Below are positions 1 to 8,726 of a DNA stretch of 38,858 nucleotides, piece by piece. The stretch spans positions 1 to 38,858 of the forward strand of contig DATDGA010000231.1 in assembly GCA_036522335.1 (NCBI GenBank). Reading direction: 5' to 3'. The DNA comes from Burkholderiales bacterium (GTDB lineage: Bacteria > Pseudomonadota > Gammaproteobacteria > Burkholderiales > SG8-39). Each line of letters opens with the position of its first letter. Position 1 is the stretch's first letter. The notes below the pieces were generated by a model, which had not been told where the DNA came from, did no database searches, and saw only the letters and a program-made list of their open reading frames with translations. The translations under genes and the position numbers were made by a program.

Positions 1-642
1 AGCGAGGCGATGGCGGCGCGCATCCGCGATTCGAAGCCCGACAGCCACGCATTCGAGATCGAGCCGGGGCTGCTCGATCCGCGCGACGTGGTCGAGGCGC
101 TGGAAAAGGCCTTGCCGCACGATTGGGAGATGGTGAACTCGGGAGGCCACTGCTCGTGGTTCTTCGCGCAGATGCCCTCGCGTCCGCAGGAGAAGTTCCT
201 CACCATCCGCGAGTTCGGCGCGATCGGCAACGGCATCTCGTTCGCCATCGGGGTGGCCGCCGCGCGCCCGGATCGAACCGTGGTGCTGTTCGACGGCGAC
301 GGCAGCCTGATGATGCACGTGCAGGAGCTCGAGACCATCAAGCGCCACCGGCTGAACATCCTGACCGTCGTGATGAACGATGGCGCGTACGGCTCCGAGC
401 TGCACAAGCTCCGCTCGGAGGGAATGCCCGAGGACGGGTCGGTGTTCGGCCACTGCGATTTCGCCGGCATCGCGCGCGGATTCGGGCTCCCGGGAAAGAC
501 GGTCAGGAATCTGGACGAGCTGCCGAAACTCGTGGCGGAGTTCGCCGCAAGCGGCGGCGCCGCGGTCTGGGACTTCCACGTCTCGGACAAGGTCGTGTCG
601 CCGACCCTACGCCGCGCCCATCCTCACCCTGCCAGGAAATAG
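1..642 (+). CDS. Thiamine-diphosphate-dependent enzyme, C-terminal TPP-binding part (5' end outside the window)
   Basis: The frame is open from nt 1. GDGSLMMHVQELETIKRHRLNILTVVMNDGAYG matches the GDG-X(~25)-ND ThDP/Mg2+-binding motif of acetolactate-synthase / benzoylformate-decarboxylase-like enzymes. Confidence 0.8.
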   Translation, partial: SEAMAARIRDSKPDSHAFEIEPGLLDPRDVVEALEKALPHDWEMVNSGGHCSWFFAQMPSRPQEKFLTIREFGAIGNGISFAIGVAAARPDRTVVLFDGDGSLMMHVQELETIKRHRLNILTVVMNDGAYGSELHKLRSEGMPEDGSVFGHCDFAGIARGFGLPGKTVRNLDELPKLVAEFAASGGAAVWDFHVSDKVVSPTLRRAHPHPARK

Positions 643-778
643 ATCGGCTGAACGATGATGCGCTGCAGTCGATGCGGCTGCAACCTCACAGGGCGTTCTC
701 GACCGACGCCTTCAGCTCGCTGCCCTACGCATGCGGCGCGGCGAGTCGGGGCACAGGGTATATAATTCGCGGGCTCCC

Positions 779-1003
779 ATGAACTATCGCGACATCATCA
801 CCATCGAGCCCGGAAAGCGCGGCGGCAAGCCTTGCGTTCGCGGTATGCGCATCACCGTGTACGAAGTTCTCGACTATCTGGCTTCGGGGATGTCCCGCGA
901 GCAGATTCTGAAGGACTTCCCCTACCTTACGGCCGAGGATATCCAGGCCTGCTTGAGCTACGCCGCTGACCGCGAGCGCGGCCAGGTTGCCCTCGAAGCT
1001 TGA
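779..1003 (+). CDS. DUF433 domain protein (putative antitoxin)
   Basis: The 74-aa product MNYRDIITIEPGKRGGKPCVRGMRITVYEVLDYL...ILKDFPYLTAEDIQACLSYA has typical DUF433 size and sequence. I chose the ATG at 779 inside ORF 731-1003. Its stop overlaps the next gene's start (TTGA). Confidence 0.8.
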   Translation: MNYRDIITIEPGKRGGKPCVRGMRITVYEVLDYLASGMSREQILKDFPYLTAEDIQACLSYAADRERGQVALEA

Positions 1004-1332
1004 AGCTTCTTCTCGACCAGAACCTGTCTCCTTCGCTGGTCGAAACGCTTCGGGAAATCTTTCCAGAGTCGATCCACGTGCAATCGGCCGGCCTTTCCCG
1101 TGCCGGTGACGAAGACGTCTGGCGTTACGCCAAGGAACACGGGTTCGTGGTGGTCACAAAGGACTCCGATTTTCACGAGCGAACGCTGCTCGCGGGGGCT
1201 CCGCCGAAGGTTGTATGGATCCGCCGGGCCAACTGCTCCGCGGCAGAGATCGCCGCGATCCTGTCGCGGCACGCCGAGGACATGCGCGCACTCGAACGGG
1301 ACGGGCAGGCGCTGTTTCTTATTCTCGTCTGA
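1000..1332 (+). CDS. DUF5615 / PIN-like (Mut7-C-like) protein (putative toxin)
   Basis: The 110-aa product (M)KLLLDQNLSPSLVETL...VVTKDSDF has the typical DUF5615 N-terminus and acidic residues. The TTG start at 1000 overlaps the DUF433 stop (1001-1003) by 4 nt. Confidence 0.75.
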   Translation: MKLLLDQNLSPSLVETLREIFPESIHVQSAGLSRAGDEDVWRYAKEHGFVVVTKDSDFHERTLLAGAPPKVVWIRRANCSAAEIAAILSRHAEDMRALERDGQALFLILV

Positions 1333-1350
1333 GGCTCGGAAGAAACGTGC

Positions 1351-1830
1351 TCACCCGACCGCGCTGAGCACCTTGCCGCCGCCCTCTGCAGATTTCGCAT
1401 CGACCAGCACGAAAGCCATGATGCAGGGCGCCGTGCCGCGGTTGATCCAGTTGTGCAGGGTGCCGCGCTGCACGAGCACGTCGCCCGCCTTGAGGCGGAC
1501 CTCCGTTCCCTTCTCCAGCTCCATGTCGATCTCGCCTGAAATCACCACGGCGTAGTCGATCGAGTCGGTGCGGTGGACGCGCGGCGCGACGCCGGGCGAA
1601 AACTCGATGACGCGGAACACCGTGCCGCCGGGAAGGGTCGTCCCCACCTTCCTCGCGGCCCCGTCGGAATCCCCGGAGTTGTCGGCCGGGATGGACTCCG
1701 TAGTCCAGATCACGCAGGCCGAGGCTCCAGGCCGGTTCGACACGATGTTCTTCGAGACTTCGTCGATTTTGACGATGGCGCGTCCCTTGGTGTCGTGCCC
1801 CGTCACCACTCGCCGCACCTTTACCGTCAT
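1351..1830 (-). CDS. Cupin domain protein
   Basis: 159-aa ORF. HRTDSIDYAVVISGEIDMELEKGTEVRLKAGDVLVQRGTLHNW resembles the two-motif cupin beta-barrel. Confidence 0.75.
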   Translation of the reverse strand: MTVKVRRVVTGHDTKGRAIVKIDEVSKNIVSNRPGASACVIWTTESIPADNSGDSDGAARKVGTTLPGGTVFRVIEFSPGVAPRVHRTDSIDYAVVISGEIDMELEKGTEVRLKAGDVLVQRGTLHNWINRGTAPCIMAFVLVDAKSAEGGGKVLSAVG

Positions 1831-1911
1831 GATTTCTCCCCGATGCGCCCTGTCGTACTTTCGCGGACCGATTATACGGGGGCGGGCTCTCGCGCTCGCG
1901 TAGTCAGGCGG

Positions 1912-2072
1912 CTGGGCGCTCGTGTATCATCGCTGTTCGCTTCGGCCGGCGTGGCCGCCACGGAATGCGCGCGATGAAAATCCAATGAACATCGGCATCC
2001 CGGCCGAAACGCGTCCGGGCGAGACGCGCGTTGCAGTCACCCCGGAGACCGTCAAGAAGCTCGCCACAGGCG
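1912..2072. repeat. Direct repeat, left copy: pntAA upstream region (73 nt) plus the first 29 codons
   Basis: Aligns without gaps to 5019-5179 (offset 3107 nt) with about 16 mismatches counted by eye. Confidence 0.9.
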
Positions 2073-2149
2073 AGCCGCAACTCGAGCGTCGGCACCGCCA
2101 CCATCGCGGCGTTCATAGTAGTTCTATAATTTGCGCGACCTTAACTTGA
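1985..2149 (+). pseudogene. Truncated pntAA 5' fragment: 29 codons [29 protein letters not shown] fused to unrelated sequence, 54 codons in total
   Basis: Same ATG context and peptide as the genuine pntAA start at 5092. It diverges after codon 29 and stops at 2147-2149. Confidence 0.8.
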
Positions 2150-2166
2150 AATAGGGAGTCTTGTGT

Positions 2167-4983
2167 ATGACAGTTCACGAAAGTCACTTCAAGAGTGTTG
2201 ACGGCCTCACCAGCGAACTGGAAACGCATCTTGAAAACGGGCTTACCCAGGAACAGGCCAAGGAGCGGTTGCAAAAGCATGGGCCTAACGAACTCCAGGA
2301 GAAACCGCGCCCCGGATTTCTCTCACTGCTGTTAGACCAGTTCAATAACTTTCTGGTCATTCTGTTGATCGTAGCAGCGATTGTTTCACTCCTTTTGGGG
2401 GAGTACATCGATGCCATTGCCATCATAAGCATCGTCGCCTTGAATGCCGTCGTTGGAGTCATCCAAGAGTCAAAGGCGGAAGCGGCTCTGGCGGCCCTGA
2501 AAAAGATGTCGGCACCGAATGCGCAGGTGATGCGAGGCGGGCATCAGATCACTGTTGCATCGCGCGAACTGGTTCCCGGAGATATCGTCCTGGTCGAAGC
2601 CGGGAACTACATTCCGGCCGATATGCGTTTGGTCGAGAGCGTCAATCTCAAGGTCGAAGAAGCCTCGCTCACCGGGGAATCCGTACCGGTGGACAAGGTG
2701 GCAAACGTCGTCCTGGACAAAGATATTCCGATCGGAGACAGAAAAAATTCCGCCTTCATGTCTACCATTGTGAGATACGGGCGGGGCAAAGGTCTCGTCG
2801 CGGCCACCGGTATGCATACGCAGGTCGGCATCATCGCGGAGATGATCCAATCCTTCGAAGACGAAGCAACTCCCCTCCAAATAAAACTCGACCAGCTGGC
2901 AAAAGTGCTCGGCATCGTTTGCCTGGCAATATGCGGAGTCATTTTTCTTTACGGAATCGTCATAGACACGAACTTCAGGACCATCTTCAATGAAGGTGTC
3001 GTGGCCTATCTCACCGCCGAGAAGAAAACCATTGTCGAACTCTTCATGACCGCCGTGAGTTTGGCCATTGCTGCGGTTCCCGAAGGATTGCCCGCCGTCG
3101 TGACGATTTGTCTCGCCCTGGGCATGCAGCGGATGATCCGGCGCCACGCCCTGATCCGCAAGCTTCGTGCCGTCGAGACCCTCGGCTGCACTACGGTCAT
3201 CTGTTCTGACAAAACCGGCACCCTGACCCAGAACGAGATGACGGTCGTTCAGGGATGGGTGAGCGGGAAAAGATTCAACGTTACCGGTGAGGGCTATAGC
3301 CCAAAGGGGCAATTTTCGGCTGGGGGTCAACCCTTGAATCCAAATGCCGATCCAGGTATTTCGCTCCTGTTTCACGGCGGGGTACTCTGCAATGACGCCA
3401 AATTGGAGGAAAGCGGTGAGGATAAAGGCGAAAAATCCTGGAAGATAATCGGAGATCCGACGGAGGGGGCATTAGTGACCGTCGCTGCCAAATCCGGCCT
3501 GTGGCGTAAAGACTTGGAAAAAATAATTCCCCGGGTCCAGGAGATCCCTTTTGATTCCGACCGGAAACGAATGACGACGATACACCAGCTGAAGGGTGCC
3601 TCCACTTTCAGCTTCGAGTGCCCACCCACCGTAGCCTTTGTGAAGGGCGCACCCGATATCATCCTGGACATCTGCAACGGCATCGTCGAAAACGGGAAAA
3701 CCATTCCCCTCACAGCCGAAAAGCGCAAAGAGGTGTTAACCGCCAACCAGGACATGGCTCGTCAAGCCCTTCGCGTCCTGGGAGTGGCCTACCGGCCAAT
3801 GGATGGACTGCCGGCCGAGTGCAATTCAGATGTGGTCGAGAAGAATCTTGTCTTCGTGGGACTCTTAGGGATGATCGACCCGGCCCGACCGGAGGTCAAG
3901 GAGGCAGTCAGGGTGGCTCAGAAGGCGGGCCTCAAGAGCGTCATGGTCACCGGGGATTACAAGGACACCGCCGAAGCCATTGCCAGAGAGATCGGCATTC
4001 TTGTTCCCGGCGGAAAAGTTCTGAGCGGTGCCGAGCTCGATAAGATGAGTGACGATGAACTTGCCAAGGTCATCGATCAGGTGAGTGTCTGCTGCCGCGT
4101 TTCCCCCACCCACAAAACCAAGATCGTCGATGCCTTCAAAGCCAGAGGTCATGTCGTCGCCATGACGGGCGATGGAGTGAATGACGCTCCCGCCCTGAAG
4201 CGCGCCAATATCGGCTTGGCGATGGGGATTACCGGAACGGACGTCGCCAAAGAGACAGCCGATATGGTGCTTACGGATGATAATTTTGCGAGCATCGTCT
4301 CGGCCATCGAGGAGGGTCGGGTTATCTATTCGAACATCCGGAAGTTCGTCTATTACCTCATTTCCTGCAACATCGGCGAGATCTTGATTATCTTTCTGGC
4401 GATGCTCTTTGGCTGGCCGCTGCCTTTGCGGCCCGTTCAACTGCTGATGCTCAATCTGGTCACCGACGGCGCTCCGGCGCTGGCTCTGGGCATGGAAAAG
4501 GGCGACCCGGATATCATGAACCTGCCTCCCCGGCCCGCGAAGGAACCGGTCATTAACTGGGAGATGCAGATCGGTACGGTGGTGCAGGCGATCGTGATGA
4601 CGGCTGCTGTGCTTTGGGCCTATTTCTTGGCCCTTAAGATGTATCCGGAAGACCTGAGCCACGCCCAAACGATCGCCTTTGTGACCCTGTGCGTGTCCGA
4701 GCTGCTGCGAGCTTTCACGGCCCGGTCCGAACACTACAGCCTGTTTTCGAGCGGGCTCTTCTCGAACAAGTGGATGCTCTGGGCGACTGGCAGTTCTTTC
4801 CTGGTTGTATTGATTTCCGTTTATGTGCCATTCCTCAATCCTTTCTTTGACACCGTTCCGCTGAGCGTCAGCGACTGGGTCTTCATGATTCCCTTCATGT
4901 GCCTCGCCTCGATAGCGGCTGAAATCACCAAGGTTTACCTCCGCCACAAGGCGGCCGGAATGGTTGCGTCGCCGATACGATGA
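2167..4983 (+). CDS. Cation-transporting P-type ATPase, type II (SERCA/PMCA-like, probably Ca2+)
   Basis: Motifs [13 protein letters not shown] (TM4), [14 protein letters not shown] (phosphorylation site), [39 protein letters not shown] at 2153-2158, 8 nt before the ATG at 2167 (the ORF track starts at TTG 2161). GC is about 48-53% on hand-counted lines versus about 67% in the flanks. Confidence 0.92.
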   Translation: MTVHESHFKSVDGLTSELETHLENGLTQEQAKERLQKHGPNELQEKPRPGFLSLLLDQFNNFLVILLIVAAIVSLLLGEYIDAIAIISIVALNAVVGVIQESKAEAALAALKKMSAPNAQVMRGGHQITVASRELVPGDIVLVEAGNYIPADMRLVESVNLKVEEASLTGESVPVDKVANVVLDKDIPIGDRKNSAFMSTIVRYGRGKGLVAATGMHTQVGIIAEMIQSFEDEATPLQIKLDQLAKVLGIVCLAICGVIFLYGIVIDTNFRTIFNEGVVAYLTAEKKTIVELFMTAVSLAIAAVPEGLPAVVTICLALGMQRMIRRHALIRKLRAVETLGCTTVICSDKTGTLTQNEMTVVQGWVSGKRFNVTGEGYSPKGQFSAGGQPLNPNADPGISLLFHGGVLCNDAKLEESGEDKGEKSWKIIGDPTEGALVTVAAKSGLWRKDLEKIIPRVQEIPFDSDRKRMTTIHQLKGASTFSFECPPTVAFVKGAPDIILDICNGIVENGKTIPLTAEKRKEVLTANQDMARQALRVLGVAYRPMDGLPAECNSDVVEKNLVFVGLLGMIDPARPEVKEAVRVAQKAGLKSVMVTGDYKDTAEAIAREIGILVPGGKVLSGAELDKMSDDELAKVIDQVSVCCRVSPTHKTKIVDAFKARGHVVAMTGDGVNDAPALKRANIGLAMGITGTDVAKETADMVLTDDNFASIVSAIEEGRVIYSNIRKFVYYLISCNIGEILIIFLAMLFGWPLPLRPVQLLMLNLVTDGAPALALGMEKGDPDIMNLPPRPAKEPVINWEMQIGTVVQAIVMTAAVLWAYFLALKMYPEDLSHAQTIAFVTLCVSELLRAFTARSEHYSLFSSGLFSNKWMLWATGSSFLVVLISVYVPFLNPFFDTVPLSVSDWVFMIPFMCLASIAAEITKVYLRHKAAGMVASPIR

Positions 4984-4989
4984 GTCAGT

Positions 4990-5023
4990 CCCAGGGCTCC
5001 CGGCTCAGACCGGGAGCCCTGGG
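4990..5023 (+). terminator. Perfect 14-bp GC-rich hairpin (CCCAGGGCTCCCGG-ctcaga-CCGGGAGCCCTGGG) 7 nt after the ATPase stop, with no U-tract
   Basis: The inverted repeat was read directly. Its 3' arm overlaps the first 5 nt of the right repeat copy. The lack of a T-run makes intrinsic termination uncertain. Confidence 0.45.
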
Positions 5024-5179
5024 CGCTCGTGTATCATCACTGTTCGCTTCGGCCGGCGTGGCCGCCACGGAATGCGCCTGACAAAAATCCAATGAACATC
5101 GGCATCCCAGCCGAAACACGTCCGGGCGAGACGCGGGTCGCAGCCACTCCCGAGACCGTCAAGAAGCTCGCTGCGGGCG
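5019..5179. repeat. Direct repeat, right copy (native 5' end of pntAA)
   Basis: See 1912-2072. Confidence 0.9.
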
Positions 5180-6219
5180 GCCGCCACACGATTCTGGTGC
5201 AGTCGGGCGCCGGAGTCGCCGCGAGCGTTCCCGACAAGGAATTCGAAGCGGCCGGCGCGAAAATCGTTCCGGGCGCGGCGGATCTTTCCGCGGCAGATAT
5301 CGTGCTCAAGGTGCGGGGTCCGCAGGACGCCGAGGTCGGCTTGCTCAAGCGCGGCGCGATTATCGTCGGCCTGCTCAATCCCTATGACCGCGCGACCATG
5401 GAATCCTACGCGACCGCAGGGCTCACCTGCTTCGCCATGGAATGGCTGCCGCGCACCACGCGCGCACAGGCGATGGACGTGCTCTCCTCGCAGGCGAACA
5501 TCGGCGGCTACAAGGCGGTGATCCTCGCCGCGGCCGAATACGGCCGCTTCATGCCGATGCTGATGACCGCCGCCGGCACGGTGAAGGCGGCGCGCGTGCT
5601 GGTCCTCGGCGCGGGCGTCGCGGGCTTGCAGGCGATCGCCACGGCGAAGCGTCTGGGCGCGGTGATCGAGGCTTCCGACGTGCGGCCCGCAGTGAAGGAA
5701 CAGATCGAGTCGCTCGGCGCGAAGTTCCTCGACGTGCCTTATCTTACCGACGAGGAGCGCGAAATCGCGCAGGGCGTCGGCGGCTACGCGCGGCCCATGC
5801 CGGTCGACTGGATGCGGCGGCAGGCGGATCTGGTGCACGAGCGCGCCAAGGCCGCGGACATCGTCATCACCACCGCGCTCATTCCCGGCCGGCCCGCGCC
5901 GGTCCTCCTGAGGGAAGAGACGGTGAAGGCCATGAAGCCGGGCTCGGTCGTCGTCGACATGGCGATCGAGCAGGGCGGCAACTGCCCGCTCACCGAGCGC
6001 GACAAGATCGTGGTCAAGTACGGCGTGAAGCTCGTCGGCATCTCCAACCTGCCGGCGCTGGTTGCGGCGGACGCGAGCGCCCTCTACGCGAGGAACCTGC
6101 TCAACTTCCTGAACCTCCTCGTCGATCCCAAGACCGGCGAGCTGAAGCTCGACCGCTCCGACGAGATCATCGCCGGGTCCCTCGTGTGCATCAACGGCGA
6201 AGTCGTCAGAAAGGCGTGA
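5092..6219 (+). CDS. pntAA: NAD(P) transhydrogenase subunit alpha, part 1 (dI domain)
   Basis: [26 protein letters not shown]..., [18 protein letters not shown] Rossmann motif, about 375 aa. I chose the ATG at 5092 inside ORF 5029-6219. Confidence 0.92.
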   Translation: MNIGIPAETRPGETRVAATPETVKKLAAGGRHTILVQSGAGVAASVPDKEFEAAGAKIVPGAADLSAADIVLKVRGPQDAEVGLLKRGAIIVGLLNPYDRATMESYATAGLTCFAMEWLPRTTRAQAMDVLSSQANIGGYKAVILAAAEYGRFMPMLMTAAGTVKAARVLVLGAGVAGLQAIATAKRLGAVIEASDVRPAVKEQIESLGAKFLDVPYLTDEEREIAQGVGGYARPMPVDWMRRQADLVHERAKAADIVITTALIPGRPAPVLLREETVKAMKPGSVVVDMAIEQGGNCPLTERDKIVVKYGVKLVGISNLPALVAADASALYARNLLNFLNLLVDPKTGELKLDRSDEIIAGSLVCINGEVVRKA

Positions 6220-6226
6220 GGAACTC

Positions 6227-6544
6227 GTGACCGGAACCATCGACCCCACCGTCATCAATCTCGTGGTATTCGTCCTGGCGGTGTTCGTCGGCTATCACGT
6301 GATCTGGAACGTGACGCCGGCGCTGCACACGCCGCTGATGAGCGTGACCAACGCGATTTCCAGCGTGATCATCGTCGGCGCCATTCTCGCCGCGGGCCCC
6401 TATGAGACCGATTTCGGCTCGATCCTGGGCGCGGTCGCCGTGGGGCTGGCCGCAGTCAACGTCTTCGGCGGCTTCCTCGTGACGCAACGCATGCTCGGGA
6501 TGTTCAAGAAGAAAGCGCCGAAGGCGGAGAAGGACAAGGCATGA
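6227..6544 (+). CDS. pntAB: NAD(P) transhydrogenase subunit alpha, part 2 (membrane)
   Basis: 105-aa hydrophobic protein with [19 protein letters not shown]. Lies between pntAA and pntB. GTG start. Confidence 0.9.
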   Translation: MTGTIDPTVINLVVFVLAVFVGYHVIWNVTPALHTPLMSVTNAISSVIIVGAILAAGPYETDFGSILGAVAVGLAAVNVFGGFLVTQRMLGMFKKKAPKAEKDKA

Positions 6545-7938
6545 GCGCCAATCAGCTCGCGCTCTGGTACCTGGCGGCAAGCGTCCTTTTCATCCTCGCG
6601 CTGAAGGGCCTCTCCTCGCCGGTGTCGGCGCGGCGCGGGAACCTCTTCGGCGTGATCGGCATGGCGATCGCCATTCTGGTGACACTCGCCGTGACGAAGA
6701 AGGTCGCGTACATCCTCGTCGCCATGGCGATCGGCGGCATGGTCGGAGCTTTCGTCGCGCGGCGCGTGCAGATGACGCAGATGCCGGAGCTGGTCGCGGC
6801 GATGCACTCGCTGGTGGGCATGGCGGCGGTGCTGATCGCCGTCGCCGTGGTGAACAACCCCGGCGCGTTCGGCGAATCCGACCCGCTGCCGCGCGGCAAC
6901 CGCCTCGAGCTCTTCATCGGCAGTTTCGTCGGCGCCATCACGTTCTCCGGAAGCGTGATCGCCTTCGGCAAGCTCGCCGGCCTGGGCAAGAAATTCCGCC
7001 TCTTCTCGAGCGCACCGGTGACGTTCAAGAGCCAGCATCTGCTGAACCTGGCGCTCGCTCTTGTTATGGTCGGGTTCGGTCTCGCGTTCTTCCTCGCCGA
7101 GGGCAAGGCCTGGATGTCGTTCTCCGCGATGCTCGCGATCGCTTTTGCGCTCGGCGTGCTCATCATCATCCCGATCGGCGGCGCCGACATGCCGGTGGTG
7201 ATCTCGATGCTCAACAGCTACTCGGGCTGGGCCGCGGCGGGCATCGGCTTCTCGCTCAACAACACCATGCTGATCATCGCCGGAAGCCTGGTCGGCTCCT
7301 CGGGCGCGATCCTCTCCTACATCATGTGCAAGGCGATGAACCGCTCTTTCATCTCGGTGATCATGGGCGGCTTCGGCGCGGCCGAGGGCACTGCGGCCGC
7401 AGGCACCGGCGACAAGACGGTGCGCTCGGGGTCGGCCGAAGATGCGAGCTTCCTGCTGGCGAACGCCGAGTCGGTGGTGATCGTGCCGGGCTACGGGCTT
7501 GCGGTCGCGCGGGCGCAGCACGCGGTGAAGGAGATGGCGCAGAAGCTGATCGCCAAGGGCGTCAACGTGCGCTATGCGATCCATCCGGTCGCGGGCCGCA
7601 TGCCCGGCCACATGAACGTGCTGCTCGCTGAGGCCGAAGTGCCTTACGACCAGGTGTTCGAGATGGAGGACATCAACGGCGAGCTCGGCACCACCGACGT
7701 GGTGCTGGTGCTCGGCGCGAACGACGTGGTGAATCCGCTCGCGCACGAAAAGGGCAGCCCGATCTACGGCATGCCGATCATCGAGGCGCACAAGGCGCGC
7801 ACGGTGCTCGTCAACAAGCGCTCGATGGCCGCCGGCTACGCCGGCCTGGACAATCCGCTTTTCTACATGGAAAAGACCATGATGGTGTTCGGTGACGCCA
7901 AGAAAGTCGTCGAAGACATGGTGAAAGCTCTCGAGTGA
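6541..7938 (+). CDS. pntB: NAD(P) transhydrogenase subunit beta
   Basis: 465 aa with a multi-TM N-terminus and a dIII domain ([19 protein letters not shown]..., GANDVVNP). ATGA overlap with pntAB. Confidence 0.93.
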   Translation: MSANQLALWYLAASVLFILALKGLSSPVSARRGNLFGVIGMAIAILVTLAVTKKVAYILVAMAIGGMVGAFVARRVQMTQMPELVAAMHSLVGMAAVLIAVAVVNNPGAFGESDPLPRGNRLELFIGSFVGAITFSGSVIAFGKLAGLGKKFRLFSSAPVTFKSQHLLNLALALVMVGFGLAFFLAEGKAWMSFSAMLAIAFALGVLIIIPIGGADMPVVISMLNSYSGWAAAGIGFSLNNTMLIIAGSLVGSSGAILSYIMCKAMNRSFISVIMGGFGAAEGTAAAGTGDKTVRSGSAEDASFLLANAESVVIVPGYGLAVARAQHAVKEMAQKLIAKGVNVRYAIHPVAGRMPGHMNVLLAEAEVPYDQVFEMEDINGELGTTDVVLVLGANDVVNPLAHEKGSPIYGMPIIEAHKARTVLVNKRSMAAGYAGLDNPLFYMEKTMMVFGDAKKVVEDMVKALE

Positions 7939-8588
7939 GTGCGCGGGAAAGGATTCTCGCCCGCATTCGCAAGGCGCAAGGGCGCGGCGGAAACACGCCG
8001 TCACAGGCCGAGCTGGAAGCGGTCGAGACCTACCTGCGTGCCCACCCCCGCGGCACGCTGCCGAAGGTCGAAGCGGATCTCGTCACGCGCTTCCGCGCCC
8101 GTGCTGAATCGATGCAGAGCACGACCGAGGAAGTCGCCGCAAAGGCGGAAGTTCCTTCCGCGGTCGCGCGCTACCTGAAATCGAACAACCTGCCCCTCGC
8201 CGGCTGCATCTGGCCGCAGCTGGCCGATCTCGACTGGAAGGGCGCAGGCCTCGCACTCGAACCGCGGGAGGCGAACGGCAACGACGCCGTCGGCGTGACC
8301 GGCGCGTTCGCCGCGATCGCCGAGACGGGAACGCTCATGTTCGCCTCCGGACCCGATACGCCCTCTACCGTGAGCCTCCTGCCGGAGACGCACGTCGCCG
8401 TGGTGTCCGCAGGCCGCATCGTCGCCCACATGGAAGACGCCTGGGCCCTCGCGCGCGCGGAGTTCGGGCAACTGCCGCGTGCGATCAACTTCGTGTCGGG
8501 CCCTTCGCGCACCGCCGACATCGACCAGACGATCGTGCTCGGCGCGCACGGGCCTTACCGCGTTCACATTATCCTAGTTCGAGGCTAA
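7935..8588 (+). CDS. LUD-domain protein (LutC/YkgG family)
   Basis: 217 aa. GVTGAFAAIAETGTLMFASGPDTPSTVSLLPETHVAVV is typical of LutC/YkgG. The GTG start overlaps the pntB stop (GTGA). Confidence 0.75.
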   Translation: MSARERILARIRKAQGRGGNTPSQAELEAVETYLRAHPRGTLPKVEADLVTRFRARAESMQSTTEEVAAKAEVPSAVARYLKSNNLPLAGCIWPQLADLDWKGAGLALEPREANGNDAVGVTGAFAAIAETGTLMFASGPDTPSTVSLLPETHVAVVSAGRIVAHMEDAWALARAEFGQLPRAINFVSGPSRTADIDQTIVLGAHGPYRVHIILVRG

Positions 8589-8726
8589 ACTTAGGCACTT
8601 CGGGGAGGCTCCCGCGGTCTTGTTCGCGGCAAGCCTTTCTACAGACGCCGGCAATTTCGCCACGCCGGTCATAACAACGCCGCATCCGCTGCATCGCTGG
8701 AATTGATTTGTCCGGGAGCATTGCGC

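Noticed and set aside
2073-5018. ATPase island interpreted as an integron cassette, IS or composite transposon, or integrative element.
   Set aside because: There is no integrase or transposase ORF, no terminal inverted repeats, and no attC-like core sites (GTTRRRY/RYYYAAC) around the 3' hairpin. The flanking repeats are 161 nt of host-gene sequence, which is far longer than transposase target duplications.
6400-8004. Very long antisense ORFs: 534 aa here, plus 5005-6258(-), 9898-10911(-), 11144-12481(+), 14914-16527(-), 3865-4947(-) and 37037-38200(-).
   Set aside because: Each lies opposite a gene with clear family motifs. Their translations are Arg/His/Asp/Gly/Pro-rich and low in complexity, with no recognisable domains. 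Open antisense frames of this kind are expected in high-GC DNA.
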